Assembly (NCBI GenBank): GCA_034226945.1
Contig: CP120456.1
Coordinates: 868,001-932,000 of the forward strand
DNA length: 64,000 nt
Source of the DNA: Picochlorum sp. SENEW3
Lineage: Eukaryota
Direction of reading: 5' to 3'
Translations under genes and position numbers: made by a program
Notes under the pieces: model-generated
The model's input: only the letters and a program-made list of their open reading frames with translations
Database searches by the model: none
Told to the model about the DNA's origin: nothing
Shown here: positions 33,681-43,188 of the stretch, piece after piece
How positions within the stretch are numbered: the stretch's first letter is position 1
Layout: each line of letters begins with the position of its first letter

Positions 33681-33743
33681 AAAGATTACATGAATACTGA
33701 TGAAATATACATTTGTTAGTTTTATTCTACTGGCAATAAAATG

Positions 33744-36700
33744 TCAATCAATAAGAATCTCTGTTGATTTTACTCTCTTGAGTTGGGAGCGGTGTGAGGC
33801 ATTCAAACGGGTCACTTTCTTCTCTAATGCATGCGCTTCAGAAAATTGCTTCTTCATCTTAAGAGTGTTTGCTAGCTCTTGAAGGGATGCTACGTGCTTG
33901 CTATCAATGGCAATAGCTTTCCGCAACAGCCTTTCAGACTCATCCAGATCTCCAAGCAATCTTTCAAGTCTACCCAGTGATGAAAGTGCCCTTCTACTCT
34001 TGGGTTTCAACTCCAATACCTTTCGATACAAACGTCTGGCGTCACTATTAAGTCCATTTTCTTCTTCTAGCTTTGCCCAACCATGCAATGCAGCCCTGCA
34101 CGTTGGATGGGCATCAATGCACTGCTTGAACAGATCCCTGGCTTTGTTGATAAACCCGGCATTTGATTCTGCAACTGCCCATGCTTGAAGAATGTACTGG
34201 TTTGACTCCTCCAGCGAACAGGCAGCACGAAAGAGTTTCCTAGCATACTCCAGGTTATTCAAAGAAGCCTCCATCTTGCCCCAAGCTTGCAATGCTGGCA
34301 AATAACTCTTGTCAGCCCTGACTGCAGCTTTGAACAGTATTCGAGCCTCTTGATATGCGCCTGTCTCTGCCTTCACCTTTCCAGCAAGTGTCAGTATGTA
34401 TGGATTGCTCTGATCTACCTCCAACGCTTCAGAGCACAGTCTTGCAGCGACAACCAGATCATTTATTTTCCATTCCCGGGTTGCCCAAGAGCACAAGAGC
34501 TTTCCCAGGCGCTTATTGCTCTCTTTCACATCAGAGAGCTTCTTCAAAGATCGCACACCCTTCTGGAATAAAATTCTCGCTGGACCATCGTTGCGCATAT
34601 CAAATTCAAGCAGTGCCCAAGATGTAAACACCCGAGCTAGTGATCTCCTTCTCTCATCAGGGTCCTCAACCAGCTCAAATTGCTCTATAGCAGCTCTTAA
34701 AAACACTCTCACTGTCGCAGCATTGCTGTACTGGATCTTTCGACGAGCTCTCTGGCGCTCAATACCAGCAAGCTGAGCCCAGATTGATCCATCGTCTGGA
34801 TTTCGCATTGCCTCGCCAAGAAGCAACATGTATCCAGCTTGATACTCGCCTTGTTGGACAAGGTTCCGGAAGAAAATGCTCACGTCACGACCATGTCTCA
34901 TTTTTGGCGCGAACACCCCTAGTGTAGCAGCTTCTGCTTCCAGAGATTCTGCCAACGAAAGAGCATCCTTTGTGGCAGGACATGCTGTTGGGGGAGAATC
35001 ATTGGCATCGACTTTGAACGCAATACCAGGCTCTGCCAAGCAAATGACATCCCCTGGAAATAAGTGAACCTCTTTGAATGGTTGAATTTTTGACCTGTTG
35101 ACCCAAACTCCATTGGTTGATCCCATATCCATGATGACACACTTTGAAATGCCATTCACCCTATCCCGAATGACTTCAAACCGAGCATGCCTCCCAGAAA
35201 CAGTAGGAATGTCGATGATATAGTCGTTGTCCTTATTATGGACGGCACCAAATATCACTGGACCATGGCGAGGAAGCGTAATCTGATTCTTTGGGACTTT
35301 CTTGCCAGCACAGTTCTCAACAGTTATGGCTGACAGGCCCTCAAGAGACCACGTTGCTTCAATCTTTTCTGTCCCAGCTTTGCCAAATAATCTTCGGAAA
35401 CCATGCATCGCATTATCAAATGATGACGCATAATTCGGTTCAGATGGGGTCGCCCGGACGTTCTCTTCGCGTGTGGATGGGGGATCTGCAGGAACTGCTG
35501 GAGGTGGGCCAATCTCTGGCTGCACTCTTGCGTCAAATGATTCGTGCTCTTGATCAATTGTTATGACCGTTGAACGACCATATCCACTTCCATTCCTCAC
35601 TGTGCTTTGATTTCTCTTCGTACCAGGTTCATCTCCCAAGTCTTCAAAGCTGCTGCCACTGGACAGATGATCCTCACCATCTCTGAACACACGGGTTCTA
35701 TAGCTCCCTCCAGATCTCCCAGATATACTGTCCCTCTCCCAGACATGAAGTGCATTATCCTGTGGTCTATTAGATATAATTGGGCCTTTAGAGTTTTGCT
35801 CAAGGTCAGAAGAGTTCACTTGTGTCAGAGACTGCGCATATGTCTCATCCATTTGGGCAATGACAGAAGAAAGCCCCATTAACTTTTGAAACTCCATGAA
35901 CTCTTCGAGCGAGATCACTCCATCACTATTTGTATCGAATTTTTTCAACAATTCTTCGGCGCCCATGACATTTGTATCTCCCAGCTCTTCCATAACCTCG
36001 TGCAACTCACTCAAAGACACCTCTCCATCACCATTCAGGTCAATTGATCTAAACAACGCTTCTCCAACGTTTGAATACTGTTCTTCATCAGAAGAAGTAG
36101 ATAACCAAGAGGTTATTTGATCCAAGTTCTTCCCCTTAATTTCCTGCAGATTCTGTGCTTGTGCAACAGACAGTCCACCCTTGTATGCACCATGTGCAGC
36201 ATCTCCCTTCTCCGCCATATGGTGCATCTGTTCCGTACGAATTTGCAGCTCTACCATTGTAACTTCATCTTGCACACCATCAGCCATGACAACAGTTCTA
36301 TGCAGGCTGGAGTACCCATTTGGTTTTGGAGATGCAATGTAATCTTTCGATCGCGACTCAATCACAGGCCACATTTCTGCAGCAACTCGTTCTACAATAT
36401 AGCATCCTTCTATAGCAGCATGTTCACCATCTTCAAGATCATCTCGAGGCAAAACAATGGCACGGAGTCCCAACACATCAAACACCTCCTCTCTCTTCCT
36501 TCCACCTTGACTCAAATCACCCAAACGCAACAACTTCTTCAGCGTGCTAATGGCAGACTTTGTCCGTGATTCTACCTGAATACCACCAGCAACCTCGGAA
36601 AACTTGGGGTACGATGCCACTGCAGTCTCGAGATTTTTCCTTGCTGATTCCAATACCGCATCATGTTGAGACACATATGTATTCAACCAATCCAACGTCT

Positions 36701-37679
36701 TTTTATACGAGGAAGGAAACAACAGTTCTAAACTAAGATTCTCTAGCGCCAAACTCTCTCTTTTGATCCCCAAAGCATGCCCTAGTGGAGCATACACTTG
36801 CAACGCTTCCAATGCGAAACAATGATACAATGCCTGCGAAGCCCCAGCACCTCTTCGCTGTATCTCCTCCAACGTCATCAGTCGATTTATGACCTCAATA
36901 CCGGTAGCATTAATATCATAAAACGCCAGACACATGTCTCTAATCGCAGCAGCCGCATCATCATCATATACATCAATCCGCTGTGGCAGCTTGGACACTT
37001 TCACCACATCCTGACTCATCTGAGCCACATTCCTCCCCACTTTGTCACTAATCATCTTGAACGGAAACACATTCGCCGAACCATACACGGTAGAGACAAT
37101 GGCTGCAGCTATAACATCACAGGTAACCAAGGTATCCTTGCCAGAGCATGGCAGCTCTGCCAACCTCACAGCCAACGCGACACCTCGAGACATAAAATGA
37201 GGCGCCGTCTCAGAGCTTCCCAGACATACTCGCATCGCTTGCGCCACAACATTTGGATCTCCTGGCAAACTCTGCAATACAGCTGACAAACTCTCCCACA
37301 GCCCCATCAGATGCAATAACGACGACTGATGTTGCCCTACATCGTGCCCATGCCTAAGAATATCTCTATCAGAATATATATCGATAATCTGCTCATCATC
37401 GCTCGCCGACGAGTCTCTGTACTGCACTCTTCCAACTCTGGGAATATCTCTGCTGCTACTTGGACGCACAGTACGGGACAAATACGGCCCTAATCTCAGA
37501 TGAAAATCACGCACATTACCATATGATGCTATCCGAGTACCCATGTGATTCCTACCATCCCGAACGCCCGCACGTGGGCGTTGCGATATTCTGTGGCAGT
37601 CAGAGCAACTTGGAACCTCCCGTCCCCTCGAACGAGCAGACTCTTTACTCGGAAGACCACAATACCACTGACTCGACAT
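33744..37679 (-). CDS. Plastid Ca2+-activated RelA/SpoT homolog (CRSH-type; synthetase + 2 EF-hands) fused to FHA and HAT/TPR repeats
   Basis: YAPLGHALG, SRTKS, DVLGLR, KDYIASPKPNGYSSLH and ELQIRTEQMH...AAHGAYK. EF loops DLNGDGEVSLSE and DTNSDGVISLEE. FHA VSGRHA..DMGSTNGVWVN. Repeated QAW..E...AR.LF HAT units. Confidence 0.88.
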   Translation of the reverse strand: MSSQWYCGLPSKESARSRGREVPSCSDCHRISQRPRAGVRDGRNHMGTRIASYGNVRDFHLRLGPYLSRTVRPSSSRDIPRVGRVQYRDSSASDDEQIIDIYSDRDILRHGHDVGQHQSSLLHLMGLWESLSAVLQSLPGDPNVVAQAMRVCLGSSETAPHFMSRGVALAVRLAELPCSGKDTLVTCDVIAAAIVSTVYGSANVFPFKMISDKVGRNVAQMSQDVVKVSKLPQRIDVYDDDAAAAIRDMCLAFYDINATGIEVINRLMTLEEIQRRGAGASQALYHCFALEALQVYAPLGHALGIKRESLALENLSLELLFPSSYKKTLDWLNTYVSQHDAVLESARKNLETAVASYPKFSEVAGGIQVESRTKSAISTLKKLLRLGDLSQGGRKREEVFDVLGLRAIVLPRDDLEDGEHAAIEGCYIVERVAAEMWPVIESRSKDYIASPKPNGYSSLHRTVVMADGVQDEVTMVELQIRTEQMHHMAEKGDAAHGAYKGGLSVAQAQNLQEIKGKNLDQITSWLSTSSDEEQYSNVGEALFRSIDLNGDGEVSLSELHEVMEELGDTNVMGAEELLKKFDTNSDGVISLEEFMEFQKLMGLSSVIAQMDETYAQSLTQVNSSDLEQNSKGPIISNRPQDNALHVWERDSISGRSGGSYRTRVFRDGEDHLSSGSSFEDLGDEPGTKRNQSTVRNGSGYGRSTVITIDQEHESFDARVQPEIGPPPAVPADPPSTREENVRATPSEPNYASSFDNAMHGFRRLFGKAGTEKIEATWSLEGLSAITVENCAGKKVPKNQITLPRHGPVIFGAVHNKDNDYIIDIPTVSGRHARFEVIRDRVNGISKCVIMDMGSTNGVWVNRSKIQPFKEVHLFPGDVICLAEPGIAFKVDANDSPPTACPATKDALSLAESLEAEAATLGVFAPKMRHGRDVSIFFRNLVQQGEYQAGYMLLLGEAMRNPDDGSIWAQLAGIERQRARRKIQYSNAATVRVFLRAAIEQFELVEDPDERRRSLARVFTSWALLEFDMRNDGPARILFQKGVRSLKKLSDVKESNKRLGKLLCSWATREWKINDLVVAARLCSEALEVDQSNPYILTLAGKVKAETGAYQEARILFKAAVRADKSYLPALQAWGKMEASLNNLEYARKLFRAACSLEESNQYILQAWAVAESNAGFINKARDLFKQCIDAHPTCRAALHGWAKLEEENGLNSDARRLYRKVLELKPKSRRALSSLGRLERLLGDLDESERLLRKAIAIDSKHVASLQELANTLKMKKQFSEAHALEKKVTRLNASHRSQLKRVKSTEILID

Positions 37680-38037
37680 GTGGGTGTTTTTAAAGACTCT
37701 AGTATGTGTATATGTTTCAACAGGCCTAAGACCCCCAGCAGAAAAAAGCAAACTCAACCACAGCAGTGGTATACCAGACAGTATCACTCAAAAATACAGA
37801 GCATTCTACCCTAGGATGAAATATTTGAATTGTATATGCGTTTACATGGATTTGGATCGGAGAATCGACCAAGAGTCTGCGGCCTCGTCGTGAGGCTGAG
37901 GCCCGGATTCTTCGTTATTTAAACACATTCAAGACGGCCTCAGTCTTCACATGGAATCAGGCTCTCTTTGTCAAAACCTATTCTATTGTACTTTTAGATG
38001 AATAATAAAGCACAGAACCTGGTATAGGACTGATATC

Positions 38038-39359
38038 ATGGGTGTAGAACAGCGCACACGGGATGATCAACAGGAATTGAAGGATGAGGTCGATTTTAAG
38101 ATTGTTTTGGCCCGCCAGGTGGGTAGCTATTTGATTATTTTGTACACATGTGACAGTAGTAGTTGATATGCGAGACAAGCCTGCATTCTATTGGCAGTTG
38201 GATGAAAACTGATCGTGATATTGAGTGTTTGCAGATTTTTGACTATGATTTGCGTCGTCAGGAGTCCACGTTCACAGACGAGGAGGAATCAAAATGTCGT
38301 GCTGATATAGTCGAGAAGCTGAAGGAGCGCGAGATGGGGCCTGTGTATGAGCGTGTGTGTGCTCAGCTTGGTTGGGATGTGGATGATATGGTGCTTTCGA
38401 GTATGAAAGAGGTGAATGAGAAGAAGATTCGGGAGATTGATGATGCTATTACGAATGCCAAAGAGAATGAAGGGGAGATGGAGGTGAGGGATGCAATGGT
38501 GAGCAAGGCTGACTATTATGCTCAGGTGGGAGATCAGAGCAAGGCTGGGGAGGCGTTTGAAGAGGCGGTTGGCAAGACTGCTGGGTCTGGTCCCAAGTTG
38601 GATTTGTCGTTTTCTCTGTTGAGACTTCACTTGTCGTTGAGGGATTGGGTAGCGTATAAAAAGGAGCTGGAAAAGGCGTGGGATTTATGTTCCAAAGGGG
38701 GAGACTGGGAGAGGAAGAATAAGCTCAAGGTGTATGAGGCTCTGTATTTGATGGCAACGAGGCAGTTTGAGGGGGCTGCAGAGTTGTTTTTAAATTCTAT
38801 TGCAACGTTTACAGCGACAGAGCTGATGAGCTATGAATCGTGTGTGTTCTATACCGTAGTGTTAGCTGTTGTGTCTCTGGACAGGCCAGCATTGTTGGCC
38901 AAGGTTGTGGAGAATCCTGAAATCCTGGCAGCCATTGATGCTGTTCCGCATTTGAGAGAGCTACTCATGTCGCTCTATCAATGTCAATATGCACTCTTCT
39001 TCAAATCATTGGTGGAAATATCAGATGTCATTAAAACCGATATGTTGCTGCATCCTCATTATAGATATTACCTCAAAGAGGCCAGGGTTGTTGTGTACTC
39101 GCAATACCTTCAGAGTTACAAATCTGTCAAGATGACGGGTATGGCGTCAGCTTTTGGTGTATCTGTTGATTTCATAGACGATGAGCTATCGAATATGATT
39201 GTCGAAGGACGATTGCCAGCAAAGTTAGACAGGGTGGATGGCGTGATTTACACCACCCGTCCAGATCCAAAGAATGCTGCATACCAGCAGACAATTCGCC
39301 AAGGGGATCACCTCCTGAACAAGCTACAGAAATTATCTAAACTTACAGATGTAGAATGA
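38038..39359 (+). CDS. RPN7: 26S proteasome regulatory subunit RPN7 (2 exons; intron 38119-38234)
   Basis: GGDWERKNKLKVYE, YSQYLQSYKSV..MASAFGVSVDFID and RPDPKNAAYQ. Confidence 0.93.
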
Positions 39360-39365
39360 TGTAAT

Positions 39366-40301
39366 TCAATAAATATCAAAATCGACGCATGCGCCCGACG
39401 GCATGTTGGTACTCTGATGGAGGAATGCCCGTCTCGCTCTGCTACTTCCCTGGTGGTGGGACGTGTCATCCTGATGCATCACCAGCTGCAACCGGACATG
39501 CGGCTGACCCACCCACGTGTCCCCCAGCGCCGCTCTCTTCATATAAAAAGCATCGTCTTCGCTAGAGAGATGACCTGACGGCTGTCCATACTCCCCCCCG
39601 ATGGTGTAATTCGTTACAAGTACTGCCACATGATGCTCTGCAGCAATCCTTTTTAAATGCATGGCCATGCGACTGAGAACATCATGCCCAGCGTCGTAGG
39701 CCACCCCACCAAGCGTGGGTGCTACAAGACTCCCTAAACAATCTATAATAATCATGGATGGCGTCGACGTCTTCAAGGCCTGCTGCATCTCATGCAACAA
39801 ATCATCCATCCGATGCACATTCAACACAGTGACGCAGTCAAGGGCATCTTCAGCCCGCCGGAACGCTGTATTTGACACATTCCCTATTATACTCACCAAT
39901 CTAGAGGCTCTAAAAGAATTACCAGTATCGATATAGATGACGCGTTCCCCTCTACTGGCCGTCACAGCAGCTGCTGTGTGGCACAGTTGAGTCTTGCCAG
40001 TCCCAGCATCCCCAAACACCTCCATCAAATGACCTTCGAGCAACCCACCCTGCAGCATCTCATCAATCTTTGTACACCCAAGGGGAAGACACCTAGAATT
40101 CTCCATGCTACGTATCAAGTCCTTCCCATTCATCCTGAGAGCAGCTCGAGCCTGGACCGAATGCAGTGCCTCCTCCAGGGTCCCCCTCTGAGACTCGTCA
40201 TTCAAAATCCATTCAGGCACATCCTCATCCCCTCGAGCCGTCACTAATAAAGACACTAATTTTCTGTGAGATATATCATGCAACGGTGTATCATCAGGCA
40301 T
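39366..40301 (-). CDS. RAD51D: RAD51 paralog, most like RAD51D
   Basis: Walker A GDAGTGKTQ, YIDTGNSF, IIDCLGSLVAP and ALGDTW...PHVRL. Confidence 0.78.
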   Translation of the reverse strand: MPDDTPLHDISHRKLVSLLVTARGDEDVPEWILNDESQRGTLEEALHSVQARAALRMNGKDLIRSMENSRCLPLGCTKIDEMLQGGLLEGHLMEVFGDAGTGKTQLCHTAAAVTASRGERVIYIDTGNSFRASRLVSIIGNVSNTAFRRAEDALDCVTVLNVHRMDDLLHEMQQALKTSTPSMIIIDCLGSLVAPTLGGVAYDAGHDVLSRMAMHLKRIAAEHHVAVLVTNYTIGGEYGQPSGHLSSEDDAFYMKRAALGDTWVGQPHVRLQLVMHQDDTSHHQGSSRARRAFLHQSTNMPSGACVDFDIY

Positions 40302-40423
40302 CCTGCGATTCCTTCCGTTGTCTACCCAACACAAGACATGACGTTACAAATCGGTCTCTACACTGCTATTCTCGTGGGTTTTACATCAGAAACATTGTCA
40401 CGATACCGAATATGGGCAAATTT

Positions 40424-41476
40424 TTATGCCCTCCAGGCCAACAAGAGCACGGCAAGCAACGCAATCACGTGCAACAGGATGGAGGGACTTGATCCCAAGA
40501 CCATGGAGGGTGGTGCCTCTGGCGACATGCCTGGAGGCATGGCTGGTACACTCTTTGCAAGAGGTGGGCATGATATAGAGGCGAGAAGATCAGAACTTTC
40601 CAAAGGCTGTCCATACTTGTACTGCTGCCAGGCATTACCATTTGCATCCTTGAGAATCATGAGCCAGCAATCATCTCCAATGATGTAGGCATAATGTGTC
40701 TGGGACTTGGTCAGCACCTCTGCGCCAAGCGTCCATCCAGCAGGATATTCTGTAGTCTCCACAAGCTCTTGCCATTCTTCTGCAGAGGTTGCATTCCGAG
40801 TAGCAGACTGCAATGCATACACGTTTCCAAAGGTATCTGTCAGGGTGTACATGGTCACATTACCCTCACCACCTGGTGGACCATACGTGTACTGACTGCA
40901 TTGATTTGTCAAAATCATGGTGATGTTGCCAGGGGTGGGTATGGTCTCCACCTCTCCTGAACTCTCCACTGGATAGGATTGCTTGCAGTACAGGTCCCCG
41001 AAATTGAACCAAGTGGCACCAAACATGTCAAAGTATTCCAGGCAGTTTTCGGTGCAGGTGATTGGAACCGTCAATGATCTATTCCAGCACTTGGTATCGT
41101 ACGCCTGTATAATATATGTAGCGATATGAAAGAAGGCACAGGTATACCATGGAACAAAAACATGTTAAAAAATTCAGCATACCTCTGCCCCGAACACCGT
41201 CCCATCCTGAACCGTCCATGGAAACAGATCCATGTCGTTCGACGGTAAATCACCGATGGAATACCCCGGCGTTGGAAACGCACCCAGTTGGGTGTAATTC
41301 AATGCATTGGTAAGCTCCACAGTGGCACCCCCACTTGATGGGTTCTCTGGATCGGTGTAGTTGTAATTCTGAAACATTTCCGTGAAATTCGTACATGGTT
41401 CCAAATTCACAAGCCCCTGTACCTCTCCTTTGAAAGGATATCCATCCAAATATGTGGAACTGGCAGAATCACCCAT
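40424..41476 (-). CDS. Hypothetical extracellular protein with C-terminal GPI/TM-like tail (intron 41105-41182; 5' end unresolved)
   Basis: Two ORFs are joined in frame by a GT..AG intron. There are many N-x-S/T sites, a Pro-rich stalk and a hydrophobic tail. Confidence 0.65.
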
Positions 41477-42066
41477 GTCTGTCTGGTAAGAGAGTGGCAG
41501 TTGAGTACGAGTAGAGCAACACAAAGCGGCAGCGTGCGAGTATCCAAGCACGTATGATCCAAAAAGACTCGTGTGAACAATAAAGATGTTGTACGTATGA
41601 CGAATACATGAAGATCGGTCGCCTTTGTTGAGATCAGACGGGGCAACAACATGATGAGACCCGGAAGGAGTAGCGTAATGCGATGGAGGCGCCCAAAATA
41701 ATGGCGCCCCCCCGCGGTGGAATCTCGTGAATGGATTCCTTCCTGGGGTCTTGGAGAGAGACAGTGGCCTACACCCGCATTAAAAACACAGATTTGTTTA
41801 TAGTCATAGACTGCGTTATACCTACTAGATAATTTCTTACGAGTCAAACTCTGACGAGAACTGGACCTGAGGATAGACACACACAAGGAATTTCTGCAGA
41901 CAAATCTTTGCAGAAAAGAAGAAGAAGGAACGAATACGTGAGGAGCAACGATTATTAGATCAGAGAAGACATGGAGATTCATCTGACATACTGTGACAAA
42001 GAGATATTCATCTAATATTCCAAGTACCATCCAAACCTGTGTGGTTAGAACACAAAATAGACAAGA

Positions 42067-42669
42067 ATGGGCAACTGTGTGAGTATGGCCCCTCAGGGTA
42101 TTCCAGAATGCCAGCGGTGTGGGAAGCGAGGCGATACGGAATGGCATCTTATGGAATCTCGGGATAAAAAGGTGTTATGGTGCACCGAAAGAATAGAATC
42201 ATACACGCTGCTGTGTGCCTCATGTCGGCATGCATTGAGAGAAGAGGCATCTCGTTTTCAAAAGGAACGTCGCTATTATTCCAAAGCCAAGACTGAATTG
42301 TATCCAAAACAGCAGCATAAGGAACGATTGAAGCGATTAAAATCTGATGAGAAGTGGGAAGGGACGGAAAGTTTCTATGCATCGTACAGGCCCTCGTCTG
42401 CAATTGCTCACCTGGTGAATACCGTTGGGGGTGGGGGTCGTCGGGGGACAGGGTTTCCTTTGGGCGAGTCCCAGTCCAATGGGAATTCGAGCGATGTACC
42501 GAATGGAAATGAAACTTCCTTTGATTCTTTGCATAATGAATTGGAAGTGTCGATCGTGGAGGAAGAGTCCCTAGGGGATATTCATTTGATCGAGGAGGAT
42601 GAGGAAGAGGACAGACTTGGAGTCGTCAACGAAGAAGAAGAAGAAGAGGAGCGGAATGGAGTCACTTGA
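42067..42669 (+). CDS. Hypothetical protein with MGNC acylation-like N-terminus, CxxC...CxxC and acidic tail
   Basis: 200-aa ORF containing CQRC and CASC pairs. No family recognised. Confidence 0.55.
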   Translation: MGNCVSMAPQGIPECQRCGKRGDTEWHLMESRDKKVLWCTERIESYTLLCASCRHALREEASRFQKERRYYSKAKTELYPKQQHKERLKRLKSDEKWEGTESFYASYRPSSAIAHLVNTVGGGGRRGTGFPLGESQSNGNSSDVPNGNETSFDSLHNELEVSIVEEESLGDIHLIEEDEEEDRLGVVNEEEEEEERNGVT

Positions 42670-42706
42670 GACCAATAATAGTCAATATATTTATGTAATA
42701 CGTTTC

Positions 42707-43110
42707 ATGCTGAATTGTAGTGCCAAAACCAAGCTCCTGAGTGGGCGTGGGTTGCATTCGAACCGAGCCCGTGTCACGGGACATGCAAGCAGAAAACCTC
42801 GAGGTATGGTGGTTGCAGATGCTGCATTGTTGATGCAATGCATTACTGTAATTACAATGGATGTGTAGATGTGCAACGGGATGAGCGTGATTCTGCTGGG
42901 CCTCCTGCTTGGAAACAATATGCCAGGAAGGACAAGGCTCTGGGGAAGCAGGCAGAGGCGACGTTAGAGATGATTTGGTCCAAGACAGAGTGGTTGACAG
43001 AGGAGCATATACAGGGGATGTGGGATAATCATCGGGTGAGGAGGGATGTAGTGATTGATTGGTTTATGAAGAAGAGGCGTACCAGTAGGAAGCAGCAGGG
43101 TGGACCTTGA
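42707..43110 (+). CDS. Small homeodomain-like protein (2 exons; intron 42804-42868)
   Basis: LEMIWSKTEWLTEEHIQGMW...RRDVVIDWFMKKR resembles homeodomain helices 1-3. Confidence 0.55.
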
Positions 43111-43188
43111 TACGTGTTGGTGTGTTTTCACGAGCCGATACATATATGAATGAAATGATATACATGTAAAGGATATTTCTTCTATCTT

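Noticed and set aside
41407..42147. 246-aa minus-strand ORF
   Set aside because: It overlaps two better-supported genes and a promoter region and has no domain-like features. Only its hydrophobic end is noted as a possible signal peptide.
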